Below are positions 1 through 7,347 of a stretch of 14,365 bases of DNA, one piece after another. This stretch comes from Bdellovibrionota bacterium (GTDB lineage Bacteria > Bdellovibrionota_C > UBA2361 > OMIW01), in contig JBIJBT010000072.1 of NCBI GenBank assembly GCA_044345055.1, positions 1 through 14,365 of the forward strand. The letters run 5' to 3'. The notes beneath the pieces are model-generated. The model did no database searches. It was given only the letters and a program-made list of their open reading frames with translations, and was not told the origin of the DNA. A program made the translations under genes and the position numbers. Every line of letters starts with the position of its first letter. The first letter of the stretch is position 1.

Positions 1-187
1 GCTTGAGGATAAAGATAGAGAAATTCAGAAGCATAAAGAGAGAGCAGAGCAAGCTCGACAAGGAGAAGAGCAGGAGAAAAAACGAGCTGATCAGGAGAAG
101 GCTCGTGCGGAGGAAAATCAACAAAAATTGACTGAGGCTCTTGAACGTCTTCAGGAACTTGAAAAACTTTTAGAGGCTGCGAAATAA
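1..187 (+). CDS. 3' end of a gene (partial) with a charged coiled-coil C-terminal tail; family not determinable
   Basis: Frame 2 is open from base 2 to TAA at 185-187: LEDKDREIQKHKERAEQARQGEEQEKKRADQEKARAEENQQKLTEALERLQELEKLLEAAK*. E/K/Q/R/A-rich helical pattern like the tails of Uma2- or Rpn-type nuclease-fold proteins (inference only). The last 4 codons and stop lie inside the repeat element. Confidence 0.7.
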   Translation, partial: LEDKDREIQKHKERAEQARQGEEQEKKRADQEKARAEENQQKLTEALERLQELEKLLEAAK

Positions 188-357
188 GGGGTTTCGGACG
201 ATGGCACCGCCCATTCGGCCCATACATCGATTCGAAAAGACGAGGAAAAATCCTCAAAATATGCCTGATATTCTTCCGGTTTTTCCTCGTCTTTTCGAAT
301 CGAGTCTGTGCCAAAGCAGCGGCACCCTCGCCTCGAACCACCTTATTTCGCAGCCTC
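173..357 (+). mobile_element. MITE-like non-autonomous element, copy 1 (185 bp)
   Basis: 17-bp perfect terminal inverted repeat GAGGCTGCGAAATAAGG (173-189) / CCTTATTTCGCAGCCTC (341-357), flanked by TTA on both sides (170-172, 358-360). Internal perfect 24-bp inverted repeat at 227-250/280-303. A second copy lies at 10735-10919. Confidence 0.85.
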
Positions 358-506
358 TTAGGAAAAAAATCTTGAACTCAGAAAATCTTCCTCTATCGAT
401 AAGCAATTAAATACCGCTCTTGATAGCGCCTTTATAGGTCGAACTAATGTTACTGAAGCAAAAGAATTCTTGATTTTTGACCCACAATGCGGAGCGAGCT
501 CATTGA

Positions 507-536
507 TTGACAAACCATCGTTTTTCAGGATACCCT
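507..536 (+). promoter_or_regulatory. Candidate sigma70 promoter for the ilv-leu leader
   Basis: Perfect TTGACA (507-512), 18-bp spacer, TACCCT (531-536, TAnnnT). An alternative extended -10, TGcTATGAT, lies at 540-548. Confidence 0.5.
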
Positions 537-543
537 TCCTGCT

Positions 544-678
544 ATGATTAAACTGCCCTTCCGCTCCGAGCGGCGCACCCTAACAAGTTTCGATTCTTCT
601 GGTATCGCAATTACCGGAACCGGAACAGTGTTACTTGTCGTCGTACTCCTTACTAATCGGTGCGGGCCGCCTTGCTAG
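544..678 (+). CDS. ilv/leu operon attenuator leader peptide (44 aa; possibly shorter, from GTG 628)
   Basis: ATG 544 to TAG 676-678: MIKLPFRSERRTLTSFDSSGIAITGTGTVLLVVVLLTNRCGPPC*. Eight consecutive Val/Leu codons (628-651) sit immediately 5' of the antiterminator arm, directly upstream of ilvB. Confidence 0.8.
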   Translation: MIKLPFRSERRTLTSFDSSGIAITGTGTVLLVVVLLTNRCGPPC

Positions 679-710
679 GCGACTGTGGCGTAAAGCCCCC
701 GCACCGACTA
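654..710 (+). promoter_or_regulatory. Attenuator antiterminator
   Basis: TCGGTGCGGG (657-666) is complementary to CCCGCACCGA (698-707), the 5' arm of the terminator, so the two structures are mutually exclusive. Confidence 0.8.
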
Positions 711-735
711 ACAACCGGTGCGGGGGTTTTTTTTT
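692..735 (+). terminator. Attenuator rho-independent terminator
   Basis: 11-bp perfect stem CCCCCGCACCG (696-706) / CGGTGCGGGGG (716-726), 9-nt loop, followed by 9 T (727-735), 54 nt before the ilvB start. Confidence 0.9.
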
Positions 736-789
736 ATCGGTATTGCCTGGGGAGCGTTTCTCCAAACTTATTTGCTGGGACTTTGATAT

Positions 790-2505
790 ATGGCTGAACA
801 GAGCAGCTACTCATCTGCGGAAGAAGAGATTACCGGTGCAGAAGCTCTTATGCGTTCGCTCGTTGACCTTGGGGTCGAGGTGGTCTTTGGATATCCGGGA
901 GGGGCGATAATGCCCGCCTATGATGCGCTGTACCACTACCAGGACCGAATCCGGCATGTACTAGTCCGGCACGAGCAGGGGGCTACTCACGCGGCTGAGG
1001 GGTACGCGCGGGTAACTGGGCGATGCGGAGTTGCAATCGCTACCTCTGGACCAGGAGCGACAAATCTCGTAACTGGTATCGCGGATGCTCTAATGGATTC
1101 GACTCCGCTGGTCTGTATAACGGGGCAGGTCGGTCGCAGTCTTCTTGGTACCGATGCGTTTCAGGAGACCGATATTATCGGAGTAACCGTTCCGATTACA
1201 AAGTGGAATTATCAGGTAACCTCTCCCGACGAAATTCCCTCTGTTTTGGCTAAAGCATTTGCAATAGCACAATCGGGTAGACCGGGGCCGGTCGTTGTAG
1301 ATATTACAAAGAATGCGCAGCTAGAAAAGACTCGCTATCAGAGAGCTTTTTACGATCCGCCTCGACGAGCATTTCACACTACACCGTCTGATGATGATTT
1401 CGATCGTGCAGCAGACTTAATCAACGAAGCCAAACGTCCCCTGATTCTTGCTGGACGGGGTGTTCTTATTGCACGGGCTCAAAAAGAACTTCAGATATTT
1501 GCCGAAAAAACTGGCGCTCCAGTTGGGCTAACTTTGCAGGGACTTTCAGCGTTTCCTACACGTCACCCATTGTACGGTGGAATGTTGGGGATGCACGGCA
1601 ATTATGCACCAAACATTCTGACGAACGAGGCGGATGTAATCGTTGCGGTAGGAATGCGCTTTGATGATCGGGTAACCGGCACGGTGAATTCATACGCAAA
1701 GCAAGCAAAGATAGTTCATATAGATATTGAGCGGGCGGAGATAAATAAGCTTGTTCAGGTTGATGTGGGATTGCGTATCGATGCAAGGCAAGGACTCTCT
1801 GCGCTAATCGATAGGGTGAATGTTAGAACTCACCCCGAGTGGGTTGCTCGATTTGCAGAGCTCTATGAATCTGAATTTGAGACCGTGATCGCGCCTGAGG
1901 TCACTCCATCCTCAGGTGGAATCAGGATGGCAGAGGTGATTCATCGATTATCAGAGGCAACAAAGGGAGAGGCGATCACGGTAACTGATGTTGGCCAACA
2001 TCAGATGGCGACCGCTAGGTATTATCGCTATGCGAAAACTGATGGATGGATCTCTTCAGGTGGGTTAGGAACTATGGGATTCGGAGTTCCCGCTGCACTC
2101 GGTGCCGCCCTCGCCGTTGAGGATAGGCCCGTGCTTGCGATTGTTGGCGATGGTGGTTTTCAGATGACCTGTCAGGAGTTGGGGACTATTGCTCAGGAGA
2201 AAGCTCCGGTGAAGATCGTGATTCTCAACAATAACTTTCTTGGAATGGTTCGTCAGTGGCAGGAGCTATTTTTTGATAGTCGCTATTCATTTGTTCATCT
2301 TGATAATCCTGATTTTGTAAAACTCTCTGAAGCCTTCAGAATTCCTGCGAAGAGAGTCTCTGAGCGGGAAAATCTTGACGAAACGATCCAGTGGGCGCTC
2401 GAAACTCCCGGCCCTTGTCTAATCGAGGTGCAGGTCGAAAAAGAGGAAAATGTTTTTCCGATGATATCGGCTGGAACGGGAGTATCAGATATTCGATTAA
2501 AGTAG
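790..2505 (+). CDS. ilvB: Acetolactate synthase (AHAS) large subunit, biosynthetic type
   Basis: VFGYPGGAIMP, RHEQGATHAAEGYAR, TSGPGATN, RPGPVVVDI, GMLGMHG, RFDDRVTG, SGGLGTMGFG, TPP-binding GDGGFQM...NNNFLGMVRQWQ. Confidence 0.97.
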   Translation: MAEQSSYSSAEEEITGAEALMRSLVDLGVEVVFGYPGGAIMPAYDALYHYQDRIRHVLVRHEQGATHAAEGYARVTGRCGVAIATSGPGATNLVTGIADALMDSTPLVCITGQVGRSLLGTDAFQETDIIGVTVPITKWNYQVTSPDEIPSVLAKAFAIAQSGRPGPVVVDITKNAQLEKTRYQRAFYDPPRRAFHTTPSDDDFDRAADLINEAKRPLILAGRGVLIARAQKELQIFAEKTGAPVGLTLQGLSAFPTRHPLYGGMLGMHGNYAPNILTNEADVIVAVGMRFDDRVTGTVNSYAKQAKIVHIDIERAEINKLVQVDVGLRIDARQGLSALIDRVNVRTHPEWVARFAELYESEFETVIAPEVTPSSGGIRMAEVIHRLSEATKGEAITVTDVGQHQMATARYYRYAKTDGWISSGGLGTMGFGVPAALGAALAVEDRPVLAIVGDGGFQMTCQELGTIAQEKAPVKIVILNNNFLGMVRQWQELFFDSRYSFVHLDNPDFVKLSEAFRIPAKRVSERENLDETIQWALETPGPCLIEVQVEKEENVFPMISAGTGVSDIRLK

Positions 2506-2592
2506 TTAGGGGCGTTGATCGCGATCGAAAACTATATCATTCGTAGCGCGAAAATAGCCGTTTTTTGAAGAATTTACCCGAAAGAGTTCGCT

Positions 2593-3150
2593 ATGGCGCA
2601 CAGTGTTTGCTTGACCGTTTTTTCAGATAATAACCCGGGATTACTTCATCGGGTGACCGCTGTTTTCACACGACGAAAGATTAATATCGAATCGTTGACC
2701 GTTTCTGAAACGGAATTTCCTGGTGTCTCGCGCTACACGATCGTAATCAATGCGGAGAAAGATATTGCAGGAAAATTGGCCGAACAGATCCGGAAAATCA
2801 TCGAGGTTCATGAGGTCATTGTCGGAGAGGATGAGGCGATCGTCAGCCGAGAGGTTGCATTGATAAAAATATTAAGGAGAGAGGATGGTGGTCTCTCTCA
2901 GGTGATAGAAGATCACCATTTAGTTCTGGTCTCAGAGAGTACGCACGTTCTCATCTTTGAGAGAACGGGAGCAGTAGAAGAGGTGAGTGATGCGCTCTTT
3001 GCGCTCCGTCCCTTTGGTATTATCGAGTTTGTTCGTTCGGGTCGGATTAGCATGGCTGCGATCCCCTCGCGGTGGGACGAAGCGATACATTCAGGCTCTC
3101 AGGGAGATGGGGCTTTTAGCCCTGAAAAAAGGTGTAGTAGCATAATTTAA
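2593..3150 (+). CDS. ilvN: Acetolactate synthase small (regulatory, ACT-domain) subunit
   Basis: NNPGLLHRVTAVFTRRKINIESLTV, REVALIK, PFGIIEFVRSGRISM; directly after ilvB. Confidence 0.93.
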   Translation: MAHSVCLTVFSDNNPGLLHRVTAVFTRRKINIESLTVSETEFPGVSRYTIVINAEKDIAGKLAEQIRKIIEVHEVIVGEDEAIVSREVALIKILRREDGGLSQVIEDHHLVLVSESTHVLIFERTGAVEEVSDALFALRPFGIIEFVRSGRISMAAIPSRWDEAIHSGSQGDGAFSPEKRCSSII

Positions 3151-3164
3151 GGACACAGAAACGT

Positions 3165-4208
3165 ATGGCACGGATGATATTTGGTGATGTAGAGGAATCA
3201 GTTGTAACGCGAGATGAGGTATCGCTTGAGAAGGCCCGAGCGACTCTTGAGTCAGAGACGATCGCAGTTATCGGATATGGCGTTCAGGGTCCAGCTCAGG
3301 CGCTTAATTTAAGAGACAACGGGTTTCGGGTCATTATCGGGCAACGTCAGGGCGGGGCCTCATGGAATAAAGCGGTTGCTGATGGGTGGATTCCTGGCGA
3401 GACTCTCTTTTCGATAGAAGAGGCTGCAAAAAAAGGAACAATTGTTCTTAACCTTCTCTCTGATGCTGGACAAATAGAAACCTGGCCTGCGATTAAGGCT
3501 GGTCTCTCTGCCGGAAAAGCGCTCGCCTTTTCTCACGGTTTTGGAATCGTTTTTTCGGAGGATACCAAGATAGTTCCACCAAGCGATATCGATGTGTTTC
3601 TAGTTGCGCCGAAAGGTTCGGGGATGAGTGTGCGCCGCCTTTTTCAGCAAGGAAAGGGAATAAATTCGAGCTTTGCAATTCATCAAGATGCCACGGGACG
3701 AGCGCACGATCGGGTCACCGCTTTGGGAATCGGCGTTGGTTCGGGATATCTCTTTGAGACGACCTTTCAGAAAGAGGTTGTCAGCGATCTAGTTGGTGAG
3801 CGGGGCATATTGATGGGGGCTCTCGCAGGAGTTATCGAAGCGCAATATCGGTTGCTTCGCGCTCATGGTCATTCTCCGAGCGAGGCCTTCAACGAGACGG
3901 TTGAAGAGCTTACTCAGAGTTTGGTGCCGCTTGTTGGCGAAAATGGCATGGATTGGATGTTTTCGTGCTGCTCAACAACCGCGCAGCGGGGAGCTCTCGA
4001 TTGGAGGCACAAGTTTCGCGAAGCAGTAGCTCCTGTTTTTGATGAGCTTTACGAAAATGTCGCCTCAGGTCGAGAAGCAAAGCACGTCATCGCCAAGAAC
4101 GGAGAGTCAGATTATCGTGCAAAACTTGATAAGGAGCTTGCAGAGGTAGCTGAATCTGAGCTGTGGCGAGCTGGAAGGCAGGTTCGGGCGCTAAGACCTA
4201 AAGCCTAG
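3165..4208 (+). CDS. ilvC: Ketol-acid reductoisomerase (Bacteroidota/fungal Ilv5-like short type)
   Basis: Rossmann motif IAVIGYGVQGPAQALNLRDNG, FSHGF, VAPKGSG, SDLVGERGILMG, PSEAFNETVEE, CSTTAQRGALDW; SD-like AAGGA upstream. Confidence 0.96.
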   Translation: MARMIFGDVEESVVTRDEVSLEKARATLESETIAVIGYGVQGPAQALNLRDNGFRVIIGQRQGGASWNKAVADGWIPGETLFSIEEAAKKGTIVLNLLSDAGQIETWPAIKAGLSAGKALAFSHGFGIVFSEDTKIVPPSDIDVFLVAPKGSGMSVRRLFQQGKGINSSFAIHQDATGRAHDRVTALGIGVGSGYLFETTFQKEVVSDLVGERGILMGALAGVIEAQYRLLRAHGHSPSEAFNETVEELTQSLVPLVGENGMDWMFSCCSTTAQRGALDWRHKFREAVAPVFDELYENVASGREAKHVIAKNGESDYRAKLDKELAEVAESELWRAGRQVRALRPKA

Positions 4209-4226
4209 TTCACGAACTATCATTTA

Positions 4227-4268
4227 AACCGTTGGCAAGTTGGAAATCGGTCCGACTTGCCAACGGTT
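4227..4268. repeat. Intergenic 18-bp hairpin between ilvC and leuA
   Basis: AACCGTTGGCAAGT (4227-4240) / ACTTGCCAACGGTT (4255-4268) pair perfectly, extended by one U-G pair and GGA/TCC; 6-nt loop; no U tract on the + strand. Confidence 0.8.
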
Positions 4269-4303
4269 CGCAAGCTGCTCCTCAATAAACACCTTCACAG
4301 TAT

Positions 4304-5956
4304 ATGGAAGCGAATCAAAAAATCGACTCGACTAATCAAGTCAAGATTTTCGATACAACTCTGCGCGATGGACAGCAGTGTCCCGGAGCGGGCATGAGCT
4401 TTGAGCGAAATCTCGAATATGCGCATCTTGCAGCATCACTTAAAGTTGATGTTATTGAAGCGGGGTTTCCCTCAGCGAGTCAGCTTGATTTTGAGATTGT
4501 TAGCCGCATAGCCGCGGAGCTCGCGCCAAAGAGTGATGGGCCGATTATTGCGGGATTGTGTCAGCTTCGCGGAGACCAGATAGACCGAACCATCGAGGCG
4601 CTGAGTGGAGCAATTCCGTTGGGTAAGGCGAGGGTGCATACCTATGTACCGGTGGATCCAGCCCTTATGGTTGCATCTCTTGGTCGTCGAGCACACGATT
4701 TCTCCGAAATCATCTCGGAGGTGGGTAGATATATTGAACAGGCGGTAGCTGCAGGGTGTGAGGTTGAGTTTAGCCCCGAGGGATATTCTCGTATGGGCGA
4801 AAATTTCGATTTTGTTACCGATCTCATTCGTGCCGCGGTTCAAGCCGGTGCTTCCGTTATCAATTGCCCCGATACGATTGGGGGTGCTTCGCGGATGCAG
4901 GGTGACGACTATTTCGTTGCAAAGATGAATCGACACGCCGCAATTATCGGCGCTGAATTTTCCGATCGTTCGGTAACCTGGTCAGTTCATTGTCACAACG
5001 ATTTTGGTCTTGCGCTCGACAATTCGCTCGAGGGGGTATTTCGTGGACCAGCCCGACAGGTTGAGGGTTGCATTAATGGAATTGGTGAGCGTGCTGGAAA
5101 TGTCGCCATTGAACAGGTGATTCTCGCAATTGAGCATTTTGGATCTTTAGCTGGGGGAAATAGCCCATTTTGGACTCGAGCCGATAGATGCCGTTTACAG
5201 GCGGTGTCCGATTTTGTACGCCGTCACATGCTTCCGCGCCAACCTCATTGGCCCATAACTGGAGACAACGCGAGCAAGCACTCATCGGGAGGTCATACCA
5301 ACGCGATTCTCCGCAATCCTCTCGCTTATCAACCGTTTGATCCTCGTTCGATTGGGCGTGAGATCTCAATTGTATTTGGACCACTTTCTGGTGGGAATCA
5401 TGCAAAGGCTCTTATCGAGGCCCGCGGCTATCGGTGTGATGATCACGAAAAAGCTGCGATAGCTCAGCACATCAAAAATATCTTCAAGGATCGGCGCAAA
5501 GGTATAACAGAGGATGAGCTTCTTGAGGGATATTTTGATTATCGAAAAATCGCTCGTATCGATTCTTTCCAATATCGAAAAGAGGGAGGCCAGGCCGGTG
5601 TCACTCTGCGCGGGAGCTTTTTTGGGAAGACCGGTGAATTTGTCGGTAGTAGAGAGGGGGATGATTCGGCTCTCGTAGCGCTCAAGGAGCTAATAGATGG
5701 CGAATTTCCAAACACGGAGATTCTATCGCATCGAGCTGAATCGGAGGAGCAGGGAGCTCGTTCGAGAAGCGTTTCACGGATCGTTATTCGCAATGGTGGA
5801 GATCAAACCTGGACCGGAGTTGGAGTAGATAGCGATATTGAGATAGCTGCAATGAAGGCGCTTCTGGATGCGGTCAATCGGGCCTATATCGATAAAGAGT
5901 ATGCACAGGAGCCCCGTGCGTTCTCGTTGGCGGGGATCTCTGAAGAGGAGGAGTAA
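4304..5956 (+). CDS. leuA: 2-isopropylmalate synthase (DRE-TIM domain plus C-terminal regulatory domain)
   Basis: IFDTTLRDGQQCPG, IEAGFP, INCPDTIG, SVHCHNDFGLA, INGIGERAGN, and C-terminal GVGVDSDIEIAAMKALLDAVN; adjacent to leuB. Confidence 0.9.
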   Translation: MEANQKIDSTNQVKIFDTTLRDGQQCPGAGMSFERNLEYAHLAASLKVDVIEAGFPSASQLDFEIVSRIAAELAPKSDGPIIAGLCQLRGDQIDRTIEALSGAIPLGKARVHTYVPVDPALMVASLGRRAHDFSEIISEVGRYIEQAVAAGCEVEFSPEGYSRMGENFDFVTDLIRAAVQAGASVINCPDTIGGASRMQGDDYFVAKMNRHAAIIGAEFSDRSVTWSVHCHNDFGLALDNSLEGVFRGPARQVEGCINGIGERAGNVAIEQVILAIEHFGSLAGGNSPFWTRADRCRLQAVSDFVRRHMLPRQPHWPITGDNASKHSSGGHTNAILRNPLAYQPFDPRSIGREISIVFGPLSGGNHAKALIEARGYRCDDHEKAAIAQHIKNIFKDRRKGITEDELLEGYFDYRKIARIDSFQYRKEGGQAGVTLRGSFFGKTGEFVGSREGDDSALVALKELIDGEFPNTEILSHRAESEEQGARSRSVSRIVIRNGGDQTWTGVGVDSDIEIAAMKALLDAVNRAYIDKEYAQEPRAFSLAGISEEEE

Positions 5957-5960
5957 CACG

Positions 5961-7055
5961 ATGGCGAATGATCGCTATACACTTGCCGTTTTACCTGGAG
6001 ATGGTATCGGCCCAGAGATTGTTGATGCTGCGCTCACTGTTTTACGAGCCATCGAAGAGCGTGAGCAATTTTCGACCGAGCTTCAGTTTGGGCTTATTGG
6101 CGGTGCTGCGTTCGAGGAATTCGGTGAGCATCTGCCGCGGGAAACAATCGAGCTTTGTCGTCGTTCATCGGCGATATTATTTGGTTCAGTCGGAGGCCCA
6201 ATTTCGGAAGCTTCCTCACCAAAGTGGATAAATTGTGAACGAAACTCGATATTGGCGATTCGAAAAGAGTTTCGTTTTTTCGCGAATATTCGTTCGTTGC
6301 GGGTACCGGTTGGTCTTGAGTATCTCTCGCCGCTACGTCCCGGATTGATTCCGGGTGGACATTCGATTGTCGTCATTCGGGAGCTGCTCGGTGATATATA
6401 TTTCGGTGAGCACATAACATCAGGAGAAAGCCCTAATAGGATTGCCACCGATACGGCCGTATATCGAGAAGAGGAGATCGTACGGATAGCCCGCCTTGCT
6501 TTTTCGTTAGCTCAATCTAGGAGCGGACGAGTTGTTTCAGTCGATAAAGCAAATGTCCTCGACACATCGCGACTCTGGCGATCGGTTGTCTCAGCGATCC
6601 AATCTGATTTTCCTGGCGTATCGCTTGAACACCAACTTGTCGATAATTGCGCAATGCAGTTGGTTCGTAATCCGAAGCAATTCGATCTTTTACTCTGTCC
6701 AAATCTTTTTGGAGATATTCTCTCTGATATTGTATCGGTCCTTGGCGGCTCGCTCGGTCTTATGCCATCGGCAAGTTTGAACGAGCACGGATTTGGTCTC
6801 TATGAACCTGCGGGCGGCTCGGCCCCCGATATTGCGGGTAAAGGAATAGCAAATCCGATAGGACAGATCCTCTCGCTCGCGATGTTGCTCCGTTATTCAT
6901 GGAAAAGAGAGGGTGCAGCGCAGATAATTGAACGAGCAGTCGATACCGTCCTCGCTAAGGGGATTAAAACAGCTGATCTTTGCAAAGAGGGCGAACCCGC
7001 CGTATCAACCTCTGCCTTTGGGGAAGCTGTTGCCGAGGCGGTTGGGGTGAAGTAG
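5961..7055 (+). CDS. leuB: 3-isopropylmalate dehydrogenase (364 aa)
   Basis: LPGDGIGPEI, RELLGDIYFG, SVDKANVL, LVDNCAMQL, NLFGDILSD, LYEPAGGSAPDIAGKGIANP. Start moved from the ORF track's 5868 to ATG 5961, which has SD GAGGAGGAG and sits 4 nt after the leuA stop. Confidence 0.96.
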   Translation: MANDRYTLAVLPGDGIGPEIVDAALTVLRAIEEREQFSTELQFGLIGGAAFEEFGEHLPRETIELCRRSSAILFGSVGGPISEASSPKWINCERNSILAIRKEFRFFANIRSLRVPVGLEYLSPLRPGLIPGGHSIVVIRELLGDIYFGEHITSGESPNRIATDTAVYREEEIVRIARLAFSLAQSRSGRVVSVDKANVLDTSRLWRSVVSAIQSDFPGVSLEHQLVDNCAMQLVRNPKQFDLLLCPNLFGDILSDIVSVLGGSLGLMPSASLNEHGFGLYEPAGGSAPDIAGKGIANPIGQILSLAMLLRYSWKREGAAQIIERAVDTVLAKGIKTADLCKEGEPAVSTSAFGEAVAEAVGVK

Positions 7056-7347
7056 TCCGAATAGTTTTTATGGGCTTAGCGAGAGATGTCGATAATAAAA
7101 GATTAGCAGTTGATTATTTTACATTTCAGCCGTGTGTATTTTTTGAAGAAAATAGGGGAAAGGAAATCCAAAGTTCCAACCATCAAGTAAAGATTAACCT
7201 GCCTGATTTCTGTTAACCTAACCTCTTTCAGCAACACCTATTGCTTCATATCTGCCGTGTCAAACCGATACCATACGTGATAAGGTTTTGCGGTGACCCG
7301 CATCGAATGACGGGTAGCTTAGTGACTCCCTGTTTCGCGCACCCTCT

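Noticed and set aside
173..357. CRISPR repeat, integron attC site, tRNA or riboswitch
   Set aside because: No repeat-spacer periodicity, no attC RYYYAAC/GTTRRRY ends, no cloverleaf or recognisable aptamer.
201..410. 69-aa ORF and its apparent paralogue at 10706-10921 (also 10622-10954 and 10869-11084)
   Set aside because: These are translations of the palindromic 185-bp element; similarity stops at the element boundary and there are no protein motifs.
635..910. 91-aa ORF as the leader peptide
   Set aside because: It runs through the terminator and into ilvB out of frame and lacks the regulatory codon run; the 544-678 frame fits the attenuator geometry.
2515..2540. Internal promoter TTGATC...TATCAT and palindrome GATCGCGATC before ilvN
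   Set aside because: The spacer is only 14 bp, and GATC/TCGA-type palindromes are frequent throughout the window.
3330..3375. NADH-preferring IlvC
   Set aside because: The cofactor loop GQRQGGAS retains Arg and Ser and has no acidic residues, consistent with ordinary NADPH use.
5868..5960. N-terminal extension of LeuB
   Set aside because: It overlaps leuA; ATG 5961 has a strong SD and matches the family start.
7056..7347. AT-rich intergenic region with a 48-aa ORF (7070-7216) and TTAACCT repeats
   Set aside because: No SD or recognisable motif in the ORF, no leuC/leuD remnant visible, and the repeats are too short to distinguish from chance.
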